A stretch of 63,994 nucleotides of DNA, filler included, from Sphacelaria rigidula (Eukaryota): assembly GCA_964200075.2 (NCBI GenBank). It is 4 parts of 4 records of this genome, joined end to end, with 100 filler letters (N's around TTAATTAATTAA, not from the genome) between each part and the next. Parts side by side here need not be neighbours in the genome. Positions count along the whole stretch, not along the records: positions 1 to 15,996 come from CAXNAA020001528.1; 3 more parts are not named here. One strand, given 5' to 3'. Below are positions 1 through 13,700 of this stretch, one piece after another. How positions within the stretch are numbered: position 1 is the stretch's first letter; the number at the start of each line of letters is the position of its first letter. The notes beneath the pieces are model-generated. The model saw only the letters and a list, made by a program, of their open reading frames with translations. It did not search any database and had not been told where the DNA came from. The translations under genes were made by a program, and so were the position numbers.

Positions 1-902
1 GATGTCTGACACACTTATGAGCCTCTGTTTTTGTGCAACCAAATACCCCCCCCCGTATCGTAGGATGATTCATTTGTACAGCCTCCGCTGTTTGAAAGTC
101 CTCATTTTGCTGGCCAATTTATCCTAAAATTGGGCAAAAGGAAGGACTTCCGAACAGCCTCTGCTGTACAAATCCTACATCAATGTATGGGATTCGAACT
201 GCAGAAGTTGTTCAAAAAGCGTCGTCTTGCTCACCAATTCATATCAATTGGGCAAAACGAGAATTTTTCAACAGCCTCTACGGTACAAATCCTATATACT
301 GGCTGCCAGTATGTGTACACACGGCCATGCTACAAAGCAACAACCGGTGAAGGTGGATCTCTAGCATGTACGCGCCATTTCTATATACCTGGCTTTGAAA
401 AACCCGTAGTCGAGAATATACGAAAAAGCAAGATGGACCGAGCCAGAGGATCGAACAAAACGCCGTCGAATTATTCTGGTCGCGGTTTGTACTTTGATGG
501 GGATACGAATCAATACAAGCACGGTATGGTGCTGCACTAGACCGTACCATACCGTGCAGGACAGCACTATACGGTGTTGGAACGTGCATTGCTGTACTGA
601 AGAGTACGCGGTATGCGCTACGTATCGCTATCATTCGCATGTGTGTAAGTTTGGATCAGGGGGTGTTGTATGCCGTCTGCCATACACGCGTTGCTAACAG
701 TGCGAGCCAGAGTGTGCGTGTCTACGTGTTTTGTGCGGTAGGATGCGAAAGTGAAGCGGGCAACGTGCTGCACAGACAACGCAGGACTATCCGTACTCTC
801 TGCTTACGATACGACGTTAAAATTACTTGAACAGCGCGCAGCTTTGTACTGCCTGTACTGTCCATGACCGAGTACGCAAGTCGGTCGTCCGCCGTACGAC
901 GC

Positions 903-1110
903 CGTTCCGTCGCAGACCCCTACGATGAAAGAAGATGCTCAAGTTTTCGCCAACAAAAAATAAACGCATCATACCCAACTGCTGCAGCAGTGTATCTATC
1001 CCTGTGTCCAACTCGTGCTCTATGCTGCAGGGTTGCGGTGGGAGCTGGGAATGGGTTGTGTGGGGTTTGCATGGTTCTCTGGACGGCTGGTGGTATCTGG
1101 CGTGGTGGTC
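903..1110 (+). repeat. Dispersed repeat (second copy at 26521-26725)
   Basis: Shared GTTCCGTCGC...CCCTAC...GCCAACAAAAAA...CATACCCAACT...GCAGTGTATCTATCCCTGTGT...CAACTCGTGCTCTATGCTGCAGGGTTGC. Confidence 0.85.
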
Positions 1111-2003
1111 AACTGCAAGATTGTTGGAGTTGCAAAAGTGTCCTGGAGACCATGGGGGCACAAGTGTCCTCTAGAGGCTTGATGTAGTCGAACTCCAGAG
1201 GTGAATTGACACACTGGAGAGGATTATTTTTCTATTTTCCCCCAGAGGCATCCTCAGTGAAATCATGTGCCCAAGGGGATCATGTGTCCTCTAGCGACTC
1301 GTGTGTGTCCTCCTCAGCGGCATTATGACCCACTTGAGGGTTTTTTATTCTCCGGAGGGCCATTTTGCTCTCTAGAGAAAAATAACGCGATAGTGGGATT
1401 TCGAGGAAAAGCCGATTAGCCGCGTGTGCATCCATCGAATGGACATTTATTTTCGCTCGAAAATGAATGAACGGCCGGTACGACGCACACCGGCGTTCAA
1501 TACGTTTTACCGGCTTGGGATCATTGCTGCACTACAGCGCTTTGTTGCAAAGTACAAACCCGCAGCTGCTGATGAACAAAAGGACGATTAGGGACGCGAT
1601 GATATGTCGTGGGCGGAAAATACTACTGCAGAAGAGGGTGACTTGATCCCTCCACCTGGCAACGAACGCAACACCGCGGAGAGGGCGGTAATTAGATGCC
1701 AGGACCCGTCTTTCGTCCTAGCGACGAAGGACATCGTTAAACCTACTTGGGAGGCAGGACGCAACAGGATAGAGGCGAACGAGACAGCGTTACGCCTCGT
1801 CGGTTCTGGCGCGATGGTGCTGTTTCGTTGGCCTCCCCAAGCCGCGTCCTACATCCGGCATAACATCTAACGGCATCCGCTTCCATCGTTCGGATAAGAA
1901 GCTTATCTGACATGTTGCCCTCACCCTCCTCTACGACATCATCTTCCACCTGTAACATACCTTCGCATTTCTCACGATCCTCTTGCAAAATATCGACCTT
2001 CAT

Positions 2004-2032
2004 CTGCTGCTGCTGCTGCTGCTGTTGCTGCT
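2004..2032. repeat. (CTG)n microsatellite
   Basis: CTGCTGCTGCTGCTGCTGCTGTTGCTG seen directly. Confidence 0.9.
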
Positions 2033-3169
2033 TCCTGTCTAAACTCGCAACCAAGGAGCAACGGCCTCAAGACGATTGTGATCCTGTGAAATATGAATCT
2101 CAGCCTTCATCTATTTTCCTGCTCACGGCTGCACGCTATGTTCACGAACACACCAGTCTTCTCGTGTTCCCGAGGGGGCGCTGTACAGTGACTGGGATTA
2201 CTAAACTTTGAAACAGGGGCTCCAACTTCAGCAGAGCCCGACGACAAATCTCAAACGTTGTTGAGTCGATGATTTCCGCGGTCATCAACCCGGTGATGTT
2301 TTTACTTCGAACGAGTATGTAGGTGCAAAGCCGACGAAGTTGCTGTCGACGCGAAAATAAATATTTCGATTTGCTGCTATTTAACACTTTGACCGTCGGT
2401 GGTCATCCGTTGAATCGCGATCAATCATATTCGACAAGCTAATGCATGACCCAGGTGATCTACCCTATCCTCGAGGTCAAGGACTTGACACTGTTAACAC
2501 CCCTGGGGGGTCAGTTAAAGTGCGACATTAAATAAAAAATCAATAACACCAGAGTAGGTCATGGGTTGAATGAGCATCCTCTTCGCTTGAAAAATGGATG
2601 TAAGATATGATCTACCCTTGCGGTCACAGGGATACATATGTCTTTTGAACATATGTAGTAATAGATTGAGATCTTTGGTGAATTTTGGTAACGCACGACC
2701 AAACGTATTCGTGCCGTTGGGGTTGGTCAAATGTCCGCGATGAGGGCCGAACATTTGACACCCATCAAAATTCGAACGGGGTGCAGCATCCCAGTGTCGT
2801 TTGCAAAAGCTCAGAGAACCCTTGCATTATAGGAATACCCTGCCACGGCAACTCACCGAACGAGATGTCTATGCTGTAAAGGCACCCCCGTCAAGCAGAT
2901 GCGAGTCAATGGCTGCTATGGCACCCTCTGCGCAAAGACGCGTGCGACGTTCATATGCTCCGCATCGCCCACACGCTGCTACGGCAGCAGAGCTCGATTG
3001 AGTCTCATGGGGAGGAGGGGCCCTACAGTGTCAGGTCTTACGGTACTCAGGCCGGCCGCGCGACGTGTGGCGCCGCACACATCGAATAGAGGCCTTGGGG
3101 GGGTATGAAGCATGGGTACACTATCGATGTCGCGGGCACAACCTTTTGAGCGTTGTTTTGGGTTGTGCA

Positions 3170-3440
3170 CAGTGTGTGCTGTGCTGTAGTGTATGACACT
3201 CCTGCTGCTTCTGTTGGCAACACGCTGCATGTCATGCTGTTCTGTACAGCTGCACTGTGCTGCTCCACTGTGCAGTACTGTTCTGCACTACTGCTCCACT
3301 GCGCTGTACTTTTCTGTACTACAGCTACACTACTCCATACTGCTCTGTATTATGGCTGCACTACTGCTTGTACCACTCTCGGTGCTACAGACAGTACATA
3401 TCCTGTACGGCCGTATTATCTGTATCGACTGTACTGCACC
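3170..3440. repeat. Degenerate CTGTA/CTGCA/CTACT low-complexity tract
   Basis: Dense imperfect short repeats that explain the overlapping Cys/Thr/Leu-rich spurious ORFs. Confidence 0.7.
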
Positions 3441-4799
3441 CGCGTTTTCGAACGGCGACGGGTTACCCACCGTTCGCTTAGGGGTACTAACGTCACTGAA
3501 CAAAAATATGGAGGCGACCAGTAAAATACAAATTCAGGTAGTTCGCACGCGCTTACTTTTGTGTGACTCGAAAACTTGATTAGCGAATTTGTTAGTCGAA
3601 AACTAGCTAAACATTTTTTCGCAACACTCTGATTCCCTAAATAAACATGGAGAAATCTGGAATCTTACAACGGGAGCATAACAAGAAGTGAGCGTCACGG
3701 GCATGACGTTGTCCATGGAAAAGCGCACTTCGTCTCGTGAGGGCATCGCATTTTTCCGCCGATGGGATTTCGAGCCATTCATTTGGAAGTCGCATGCGAT
3801 TCAGCCCTCCGATTATCAAAATGTCGTACTTCCGTGTCAACAGATGAAATTAATTTTCGAGCTGTTGTTCAAAATGCCATTCACGAGGTCCTCACAACAG
3901 CCGTTTACCGAACGATGGGAAGCCCCGGAAGATGACCATCTCACGATGTATCCGGCGTTTTGAAAGAGTTTGAGCATGTTGTACCGAACAACGAGCGTTT
4001 TCCCACGACTCTAGGCAAGATCTAATGTAGTTTAGGTCCCCCAAGGCACTCTCTGACCGAGCGCAATCAACACAGCGTACGTGTCGATCGGATAACTACT
4101 AGCACCGCAGGTTCTAGGCTGCATATTTTGCACTTGAAGCGCATAGCGTTGTTCAACAGCCGCACGCGGTCAACGACTCTGGGGATCCTCTCCGTCTCGC
4201 AGCCAGCTTTTTGAACCTAGCCTTGAGTCGCGACTTGCACACCGAAAGTTGTCCCGAACAGACATGATGATCCTAGGCCCTGTTGGTTGTCCTTCCTGCC
4301 TCGTAATTTCTGATTATGCCTTCGATTCCAGGTTGCTGGCAATCTCGGCATATCGACCAAACAGCGCCCTAGCTCCGCGGCCGCAGCAGAGCAGCGACAA
4401 TTGGTTGATGTGGCGAATCATCGCCGACCCTCCAGTGCAGTTTGTCAACGGTCGAGCCCGGCACACGTCGGTTCAAAAAGGTGTAACGAAATAACCCTAC
4501 GTTTTTCAAAGCATGGCACGGGTGAAACCGTACGATTATCAGGAGCGAACATAACCCCTGCCCCCATGTTATGAACACAGTCAACCGGTTTTGTTGAAGA
4601 GCAAAAGCGTACTCGCACGTACTTCACTTCCCCCTGCCTAACGAGTTCTTGTGTTTCAGCAATGGCCTAGCCTTACTTTTCTATCGATAGACCAGCAGCA
4701 GGCCTCGCACATATCTCATCTCTCATGTATACTGTCAACTGCACCGCCACCGCATCCCACCCCACTCTTCTCGCCGTTCTCATTCCCCGACCAAACTAG

Positions 4800-7700
4800 T
4801 GGCGGGAGGGGAGCATGGAATGGCCCACCATCCAACAGAAGACCCCCTCCTCCGCGGGGGTTCGTTGGGAGGGGGCGACCAAGGCCGGGCGGACCGAGCT
4901 GCTGTCCACGGTGCGGATTTGGCCGTGGAGGGAGAGGGGGATTGCGTCCTCACGGGTCCCCGATACTCGGGAGGGGCCCTTGCTCAGGTCCGCCACGTGG
5001 ACGAGGCCCGCCCCCACCGAGGGCAATGATCCGAGGGCCAATACCTGGCAGAGCGATGCTTGGAATGGGAAGAGGTCCCGTGCCGCCCCGACCCGGGATG
5101 GGTAGAGGACCGAGGGGACCCATACGCGCGCCTGGTAGGGGTCGAGGGCCTGGGGGCAGGTTTCCGATGCGCCCGGGGGGGAGGGTGCTGGTGGTGGGTC
5201 CTAGGCAACCGGGACGATGGAGGGGTCCGCCCCCGCCTGGAATGAGCCAAGGGCCAAGGTCTCTTGGGTCAGGGCCGCGACCGATGAGCGCGAGGGGAGG
5301 GGATTGTGATCAGCCTCCGGTGGCACCTTCGTGGATGTCCACACCGTTGGGCGCCGCTGATGATGATTTCGCGCAGCCTGTTCCTGTCTCCAACAAGTCC
5401 GTCGTTCCGAAGGAATCTACAGTGGGTAGTGAGCCCTCACGCGAAATTTCGGAAGAGAAGGGCGCTGCGCGTGAGGGGCAGCCCTCGAAGTCGCGCCTTC
5501 CTCCGTGGGCGAAGCCGTTGAAGGCTACGGCAGCAGAACCGATGCAGAAAGAAGCAGGGTCTGGCAAGAGAAGATCTTCTCTGGGAGGCGGCATGCCGGC
5601 CTGGGCCCCGAAACAGACAGTCAGCGCGACAACTTCGAGTAGCAGGACAGACGCGCAAGAAGAAGCGAGGTATGTTTTCCAAGCGAAATATAATGTGACA
5701 GTGGAACGGGCACAATTTGATCCTTCTATTGAGTTGATGCCACGGGTAAAGGGCATAATTAACATTGCTACGCTAGTCTCTGCGACTTCTGCACATTGTT
5801 ATATTCCGTTGTGTTCCTTGCTGCCTTTTTGTCTGATATCCTGGATTCACGCACCTGCTTTTTCAGCTCCCCACCTCGTCAGGACGGTCTTCCGGACTGG
5901 TTGCAGCCGCAAACGGGCAGTTCGGCTGCGCTTCCGGCGGCAGTGACATCATCAACTGATAAAGCCGGCAGCGTCGAAGTAGGAAAAACCGGAAAAACCA
6001 TCACGGACGGGGCCGTTGACGGTTTGGATTGGCTGCAGGCACTGGCGACGAAGCCGACCGCTGCTGTAGCGCCTCCATTGGATGATGCGCCGGCCCCGCT
6101 GCCCACAGTATCTGGGGCAACTGAGCTCGGCCTTGCTTACTCCGGCGAGCAATCAGGGGAAAAGGATTGGCTTGCGGCTGCTTTGAGGGGGGAAACCCCC
6201 CCACCTCCAGCGGCGGCAGCGAGGCCGACTACAGCTGTTGCTATACCTGGCGCAGGAGTTGTGGAAGGTGCTAGCTCCTCTTGCTGTCCTCGATCGATAC
6301 GTAGACACGACGTTGATTTGTGACTGAAACTTGTGTGCGTCCGCGAGACAAGGTTGCTTCATGTAACTGTTCGGTACTGCGTTTCCGCCCCCGGAGCAGG
6401 AGAGCCATTCATGTCCTGGCACGACCGACATCTTCACGCAGCCATCCGTTGAGTAGTTAAATACCATCTCCCCTCCCCCCCTCCGCACTTTTATTTAGGT
6501 GCCACAGATGCGGCATCGGGAGACTGGCTTACCGTAGCTGCGGCCAGCGGTGGGGCATCAAACAAGAAGACGCGGCAACGTCAACCGTCTACGACTGCGT
6601 CGGCAGGGTGGTTGTCGGGGAGCCTCGGTCTTGCTGCTAACGACGACGACGATGCGGGTAAGGATTAGGAAGGATCAACGGTATACGGTGAAATCAGCTG
6701 AGGGTGGTCGCACGATAGAGGGTGGGGTGCTTCAAGCCATTTTTGACACGAAGAAACTAATTTGCTTGAAACATCTGTGCAGTCTTGTCAACGGTTTCAC
6801 CCGCATGAAAGCCCAAGCGCGTGACAAGTGTTGCGGGGTTGTGAAACACGCCCATGAGCTCCTTTATGTCGTGCATTAAAGCGTGCCCTCCCTATATCGT
6901 TGGCGTCACCTCGCTAGACAAGTCGATGACGTTGCACAGGATGAGTACAACCCCAAAGTACCCTGCTACTGCGTTTGCGAAATAAAATTGGTAATCGTAA
7001 TATAGCGTTGTTGTTGTGTTGTGTTGTCGTCTCATCTATTCTGGACGCCGGTCAACACCGTTCGGTATATGTGGGCGCACCAGTCAGGGTCAAACGGGAG
7101 GAAGGCCGATACAGGAGTTTCTTATTTTTTGTTTGTTTTAGTTCTCCACCTTCTTTCTGTGGTGCTTGCCTTTATTTTTTATCGCGAGAGGGCTTCCGCT
7201 GTCCTTTACCCTCGTCGACCATTAAGTCGAATTTTGTGTATCCACGACATAGTCGCTCTCCACTGTTGAGCATTGTGTGAGAAAAAAATCCTAGATTGCT
7301 CCGAGATTCGAACCCACGACCCAACCATCAGAAGATTTCGAGGTTACCAACTGAACCTCCGGGGCGTATATGATACGACAGCTCGTGCACGAAGACAAAT
7401 TATACCGAATGCAAGGACCAACAAACATTCCGCCGGCGCCAGTTTTACGCATTCGACGGATCAAAAATGAAGACTGACGGGGGACCGTAGGCACTGATCG
7501 ACATCCAATACCACCCGTTTCATCCGTAACGGAAGAAAATGGTTTGACTCAGCTACATCGCTTTGTGCTGCATAACAGGATCTGGGACTTGAGAATGCGA
7601 TTCTGTCACAGGGCCAAGTCCTTTTCACGAAGAAATGTCACCGCCGCGGTGTGAGCTGATAAAGCGCACCCTGGCCAGACTCTACCTCTAGCTCAACATC

Positions 7701-10700
7701 CCCATACCCTGTTCGTTGCCGGGTGCGCCGCTCTGTCATTAGAGGAAACGCTCGGTCCGGTAACCAAAGCCAAGACCGTTGCGACTACCGGCATAGTTGG
7801 TGGTGACTGGCTAACCTCCGGCAAGCTCGGAGTGTCGGTGGATGACGATGAAGAGGAAGCAGTGATCGTAACAAAGAAGGCAGCGAAGAAGAGTGCCAAG
7901 AAGGAAAAGTCTTCCAAAAAGAAAAAGTCCCCCACTCCTACTGCGGCAGCCACCGGCGGATGGCTCACCCAGGCTGCGACGACGGGTTCCTTCGTCGAAA
8001 CTCGCGATTCGGAGGGCGAGGATAGCGAAGACGACGATCAAGATACCGACATCCACGAGCCCGTCGAGAGTACCGCATCCCTTCAGTCATCGCCCAAACG
8101 CCGTTCCTCACTCGGGGGTGGGATGCCTGCTTGGGGTCGACCCACTGGCGGTAAGCCTGCATCAGCGAGTGCGGCAACCGACCGATCCACTGCAGCTGAA
8201 CCGAAATCAGCGCCGACCCGAGGGCTTGGCGGGGGTCGACCACCTTGGGCTCCGGCACCGCCACCACCGGTGGCAACCCCTGAGTCGGAACCCGAAGCCA
8301 AACCTGAGTCTCTCGAAGATACCACGAAACGTGGTGAGGAGGGGGAGAATAGCGGTCTTCCTGACTGGCTTGCTGCTGCAGCAGGGGCGGGGGTAGGGGC
8401 TAAGAGTGTGCAAGTGAGTCCGGAAGGCTGACAATGGATGCACCCGTGAGAAGATGGGATGACACAAAGAGTTTCGCGCTAGTTCAGTGTTGCGCTTGCG
8501 CGTTTTCGGGTACCATTCTGTTCTCGTGTCTGCTCCATTTCTTCCCTCCTCTGCTCTTGCTAGATTACCTGCTTTGTTAAGGCCACTTCGTAAAAATCTA
8601 AATAAAGTTTCTAGTAGAAATGTCCAGCAGTGACCTTCTCCCGACGTGTTTTCCCGACTAAAACAGTCTCCTAAACCTTTTATGACTCCGGGGGGAAATG
8701 ACGGGATCCACGTCAAGATAGGGACGCCGGCTCGTGCGATACATGCCATCACTAATTTGATGAACAAAACAGCGGCCGCTACACTGTCCGTTGTCTACAA
8801 CTGTCTATTGTCTAGATTACATATTTCCGTAGTCGCATGTGTAGTAAAGCGCTGCCTGTGCGGCCGCATTGCATGTGCCGGGCAGTATGCTGCTGCCGTT
8901 TGTGCTTGCATGCGTGTAGCGTAAAGGTATGTGCTGTAGCTGTGTGTCTTGTATACCCTGTTTCTGACGAATTTTGATCTCGCCGAAAAACACTGTTTTT
9001 CTTGACGAGATGGGCGAGGAAAGCACCTCTCTGGAGAAAAATCCCAATCTGGGAGAATTGTCCCTCCAGCAAAAGGGGCCTACAAGCATTGGTTCAGAAA
9101 GAAACCCTCGAACACGCGCCCGAATTTTTTCTAGACTGGAGTTTTCCAAGAAGCGGCCTGACTCTGCAGATGCACCGCACCCGTTGAAATTCCAACAAAT
9201 CCGGACAACTTGAATTGCATGTCGTTGAATACCTTACCTTCAGGGTGGTACAGCAAATGCAGATTGCGGTGACGTCCTACCAGTTTCATCAACGGCAGCA
9301 GATGATGCGTCTACATCTGCCGCGCCACCAGTTACCGCAGAAGATATTCTCGCCGCTGCGCTTGCCGGAAAGACGATCGCGACCGGGTCTTCCACCGCAC
9401 GGGTGGACGCTCCTTCCACTCCTCACGCGGACGAACAGCCTTCTGATACCGTCGCCACCGCCGCCAGCAGTACTGAGGGGCTGGACTGGCTATCAGCTGC
9501 CGCGGCGGACCCGAAGTCAAAAGAACGGCCGATCACTACCGCTGGCGATGCCGCCACGCCAAGAAGAAGGGCATCTAAGGCACCCTCGCAGTCGGCACCC
9601 GGCGGCTGGCTCACGTCCGGTAAGCTGGGAGTGTCAACCGGGGACGATAGCGGCGACGAAGCTGCGGCTGGCAAAGACAAGACGGCTGGCGTGGGTGAGA
9701 CGACAAAAAAACGGGCGACCAAGAAGCACACCAAAGTTCCGAAGAAAACAGCAGGAGCGCCCGCGGTCACGGACGCGACTGGTGAGCCTGGAGGATGGCT
9801 TACGTCTGGCAAGCTCGGCGTGTCATCCGACGACAGTAGTTTTGACGAAGAGGGTGATCAAGACGGGGACATCGGCGATAAACCCTCGGGGATCACCATC
9901 GGAACGCAGTGGGACGAAGGTGGCGGAGAGGCGGTGGCCAAGGCTGCTGCTGAGTCGAAGCTCCCTCCGTGGGCGAAAAGGTGGACTCCACCGGCAGCTC
10001 CAGAACCGCAGAATGTCGTGGAAGAGAATTCTTCCGCATCAGCAGACTCTGAGCCGACCGCAAGCGGTGTGGACTGGATTGCAGGTGCCATGTCCGGTAC
10101 GTCCGTGCTAGAGAAAAAAACCCCAGGTGCTCAACAGCGCGGCGGTGACGATGTTAGTGGTGGAGATACCAGCGGCAGCGGTGGATTGAGTTGGCTGGCG
10201 CAAGTTGCTTCATCTGACCCCACTGTAGCAACTTCTGTGTCCAGGTTAAACGAACCCCTCGCCGCTTCCCCGTCGGACACGCCCGTTTCCGTCGCGGGTG
10301 TAGTAAATGGTGGTGGTTCTGGCGGCCTGGAATGGCTTTCTGCGGCCGCGGTTGGTGGACAGATCACGAGAAGACCGTCCGCCGCTGGCGCCGCCGTGCG
10401 AAGGCGTTCGCTCGCGCCTAAGACTCCGGCGCCCCCGACGGTGGCCGCAGGTTGGCTGACCTCCGGCAAACTCGGGGTTTCGACCGGAGACGGTAGCGAC
10501 GACGAAGGTCCGACCGCCGGGAAGGAAATATTGGGGTGCGCCAAGACGAAGCAGAAGCTGCCGAACAAGGGCAAGAAGAAAGCAAAGGGGGCGACAGCAG
10601 CCGCATCGGTAGCCACCGGCGGCACGGCGGGTGGCGGGTGGCTGGCTTCTGGCAACCTCGGGGTTGTAGAGGACGAGTCTAGCGAGGAAGATCCTGACCC

Positions 10701-13700
10701 TCATGGGACGGGTGGTGGTGTACCGAACACGTTCGAGATGGCAACGCAGTGGGACGAAGGTGGCGGAGAGGCGGTGGCCAAGGCTGCTGCTGAGTCGAAG
10801 CTCCCTCCGTGGGCGAAAAGGTGGACTCCGCCCGCCCCCGATCCGCCGCCCACAGTTGAGGAGAGTCCTTGCTCTCCCACAAATGAAGTGAAGAAGAGGA
10901 GAGGTAGTGGGGTAGATTGGATCGACGGTGCTATACCCGGCGGGACGGGTGAGGCCCCGGGTAGGTCGATGATGATTTCTTATTTCGGAAACTCAAGTCA
11001 ATCTATGTCGAGGAGTCGCTACCAAGTATTTGCTGTTCATAGTGCGCGCGTCGTGTCTGCGGTGAATATGTATGAATGTCAATATCTGAATCGGGGTGTG
11101 CGAGGTGTCTCACTTTAGCAGTTTCCAGCTGAATCAGGGGAGTTCTGTAACTTTTCGTCGTCGGCGATTTTCAATACCTTCCCCCGTGCCACCGCTCATC
11201 CCAGTGATCACTTGGTCCCAAATTTTTGGGATCGTGAGACACAAGGCATCTGCTTCACATTCCGAAACAAACAACATATCTGCACTGAATATTGAAGGAC
11301 TTACGGGCTGACCGGTCCTCGGGGGTCCCGCGACTACCAAGCCCTAGGTTCTCACCCTTGGGTATTTTTGCCCGATTGAAGCCATCCTGATCGCCCTCGT
11401 GAACAAATATAGCGAATTGATTTCGAATTTATACCTGGTCATTGCGCTAGGGCGAAATAAACGTGTTTTTCGGACCAGTATCGGTCGATAACACCCCCTG
11501 ATAAATGGGGTCCCAACTCCGTATCACCTCGACAACACCAACTGGAGTATTGTGTGCTGAGCACCACCTGCTTCTTTCGCCATGATCTATCACGCTATCA
11601 TGGGATTTTCGAGTGTTGGGGAAGAATATTATACGAGGAAATCCAGAAAAATACCCTGCTACAAAATTGCCCAACCGAGCTCTGTATCGCAAAGCGGGGG
11701 GGGGGCGGGGGGGGGCGGGGGATTCGCGATCTTGCATGCCATAGTCATATGACCATTGACCTCGCATCCCTACAAAGCCGGGACGGACGGAGAACGCTGG
11801 GTTTTCGCCGTACCAGGCTCGCAGAAATCACCAAGCGAGGGGGGGATGGAAGGGTGTACTCTTTTGTTGCTTACCTTGGTCTTTTGACCACTGACCACGC
11901 ATCCCTTTCGAGACGAAGCACCGTCCCTATTCCTAATAGAGACACGGAGGGGTACTCATTCATAGTTGCTTTAGTCGTATGGCCATTGACCACTCATCCC
12001 CTTCGACACCGAGCACCGTCACTGTTCCAAATAGAGACACCTTCAACATCTGGGTGCTCATTGCGTTTCTTCCATACATTACACAAAATCATTTTACACA
12101 TCGTATTCTCTACCTCTTTCGCCGTCTGCGTCCACCATATACCTTCTCGTGAAGTGATCGTTTTCTCGCCACTTTGAATCAACCGATTCCATGGCACCTT
12201 ATTCTACTTGCCGCATTTCCCCCCCCTAACACTTTCCGTTCCTCCTTGTATAGTTCACGTCCTGCCACTTTTATGAGTTCTACTCTCTTTTGCTTTGCCA
12301 CAGGGGCAATTCTGTGCATGTACTTCCTCCTCCACTCGACTACTGGTATACCTCTTTCTTCTTTCTAGCCAGGTCCCCCACCCGAAATCACAGTACAGGG
12401 GTTGGGAGGGGGGGAGAGTGCACTCATTTGTTGCTTGCCTTAGTCGTTTGATCATTGCACAAGGGGAGGGTGAAACAACCCCGATCGCGCATGTGAATAA
12501 TATTTCATTTTGTTTTTCTTCAACCTATTCATTGCGCTGAAGCCGAAAATAAATATAAAAATCGAGTAAATATTCTGATTCAACTGGAGAGTACTGTAAC
12601 GCGGACGCCCCTCGTTTTGTCAAATAAACGATACCGGTATCCTGTGCTTTCGTACATAAACACATCTCGCTGTTCTCCTTGATTGACCCCGTCATGTGCC
12701 ATTGTACCCAGACAGCAGTGGAGGATTAGGCTGGTTAACACAAGCTGCATCCGGAAACACGAACTCACCCGACGACCTCTCCGTGGCTGCTCTAACGGGC
12801 TCACCATTCGCGGCACCGGCGGCACTCAGTGCAACCACCGAAGGCGGCGACGGCCCGGACTGGCTAGCAGCAGCAGCAACGTCCAACGCCCACCCCCGTC
12901 ATCATACACGCAAGAAATCACACGGTACTGCTGCTTCTCGAAAGCCAATTCGCGGGCCTTCGATTTCCGCTGCCGCTCCTGGCGGCTGGATGACGTCGGG
13001 AAAGCTCGGAGTCTCGATAGGGGACGATGATAGTGACGAGGACGGTGGCGGACGAGGTAGGAACCGTGCGAGTAGGGCAGTCGGAAAATCCAAATTTAAA
13101 CCCGGGGGAGGGCGGCAAGCGCCACCTACGGCCACAGGTGGCGTCGGAGGATGGCTGTCCGCCGGGGGCGCGTTGGGGGTGCCAGTGGATCCTGAAAGTG
13201 ATGACGACGGCGGCGGTGGGGGTGACGGTTTTGGCAGAGATCGGCCTACGATGGTGTCCGGGGAGACTCAGACAGACGACGACATTGAAGGGATCGTGAA
13301 GAGGGGGGAGGTGCCTAAGTTGCCTCCGTGGGCAAAACGCTGGACGCCACCCGCCGAGCCGGTTGCGGAAGACTCACAGCATCCGACCGCTGAGTCTTCT
13401 TCGGCTGCTGGTGGGGAGCCAGACAAGCAGGTGAACACTGCTTGGAAGCGCTATGTCGCATGTGCGTGGTAGGATGCTTTTGGCAGCAAGGTACCTACGC
13501 AATTGCCCATGTGAAGTTGACGTCGGACGGTAGCGTCCATATTAAGGTGGCGTCGGCCGGTAGTGGATACGTAATTGTATTGAGCTGTCAGTACTGGTTA
13601 AGAGAGATCACTGTGACCGACTGATGGATTTTTCTGGTATCGGCGCATATCTACAGCAGAATTTGTATACACCACTCACCCAGAGTTACCGGTGCGACCG

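Noticed and set aside
1604-2387. Short ORFs including a poly-Q/poly-C ORF, and a possible first exon of the disordered-protein gene
   Set aside because: Driven by a CTG microsatellite. No ATG-bearing exon with a phase-2 donor matching the acceptor at 4800 could be established.
7290-7366. tRNA genes at the SINE heads (also ~32345-32415, 45526-45600, 46480-46555)
   Set aside because: A/B boxes are present but there is no proper acceptor stem or cloverleaf, and the family-1 heads continue into a shared SINE body.
11134-11340. Antisense ORF with GMSGGTGEG resembling the end of exon 5 (GAIPGGTGEA)
   Set aside because: The similarity is too short and low-complexity, with no convincing nucleotide-level inverted duplication.
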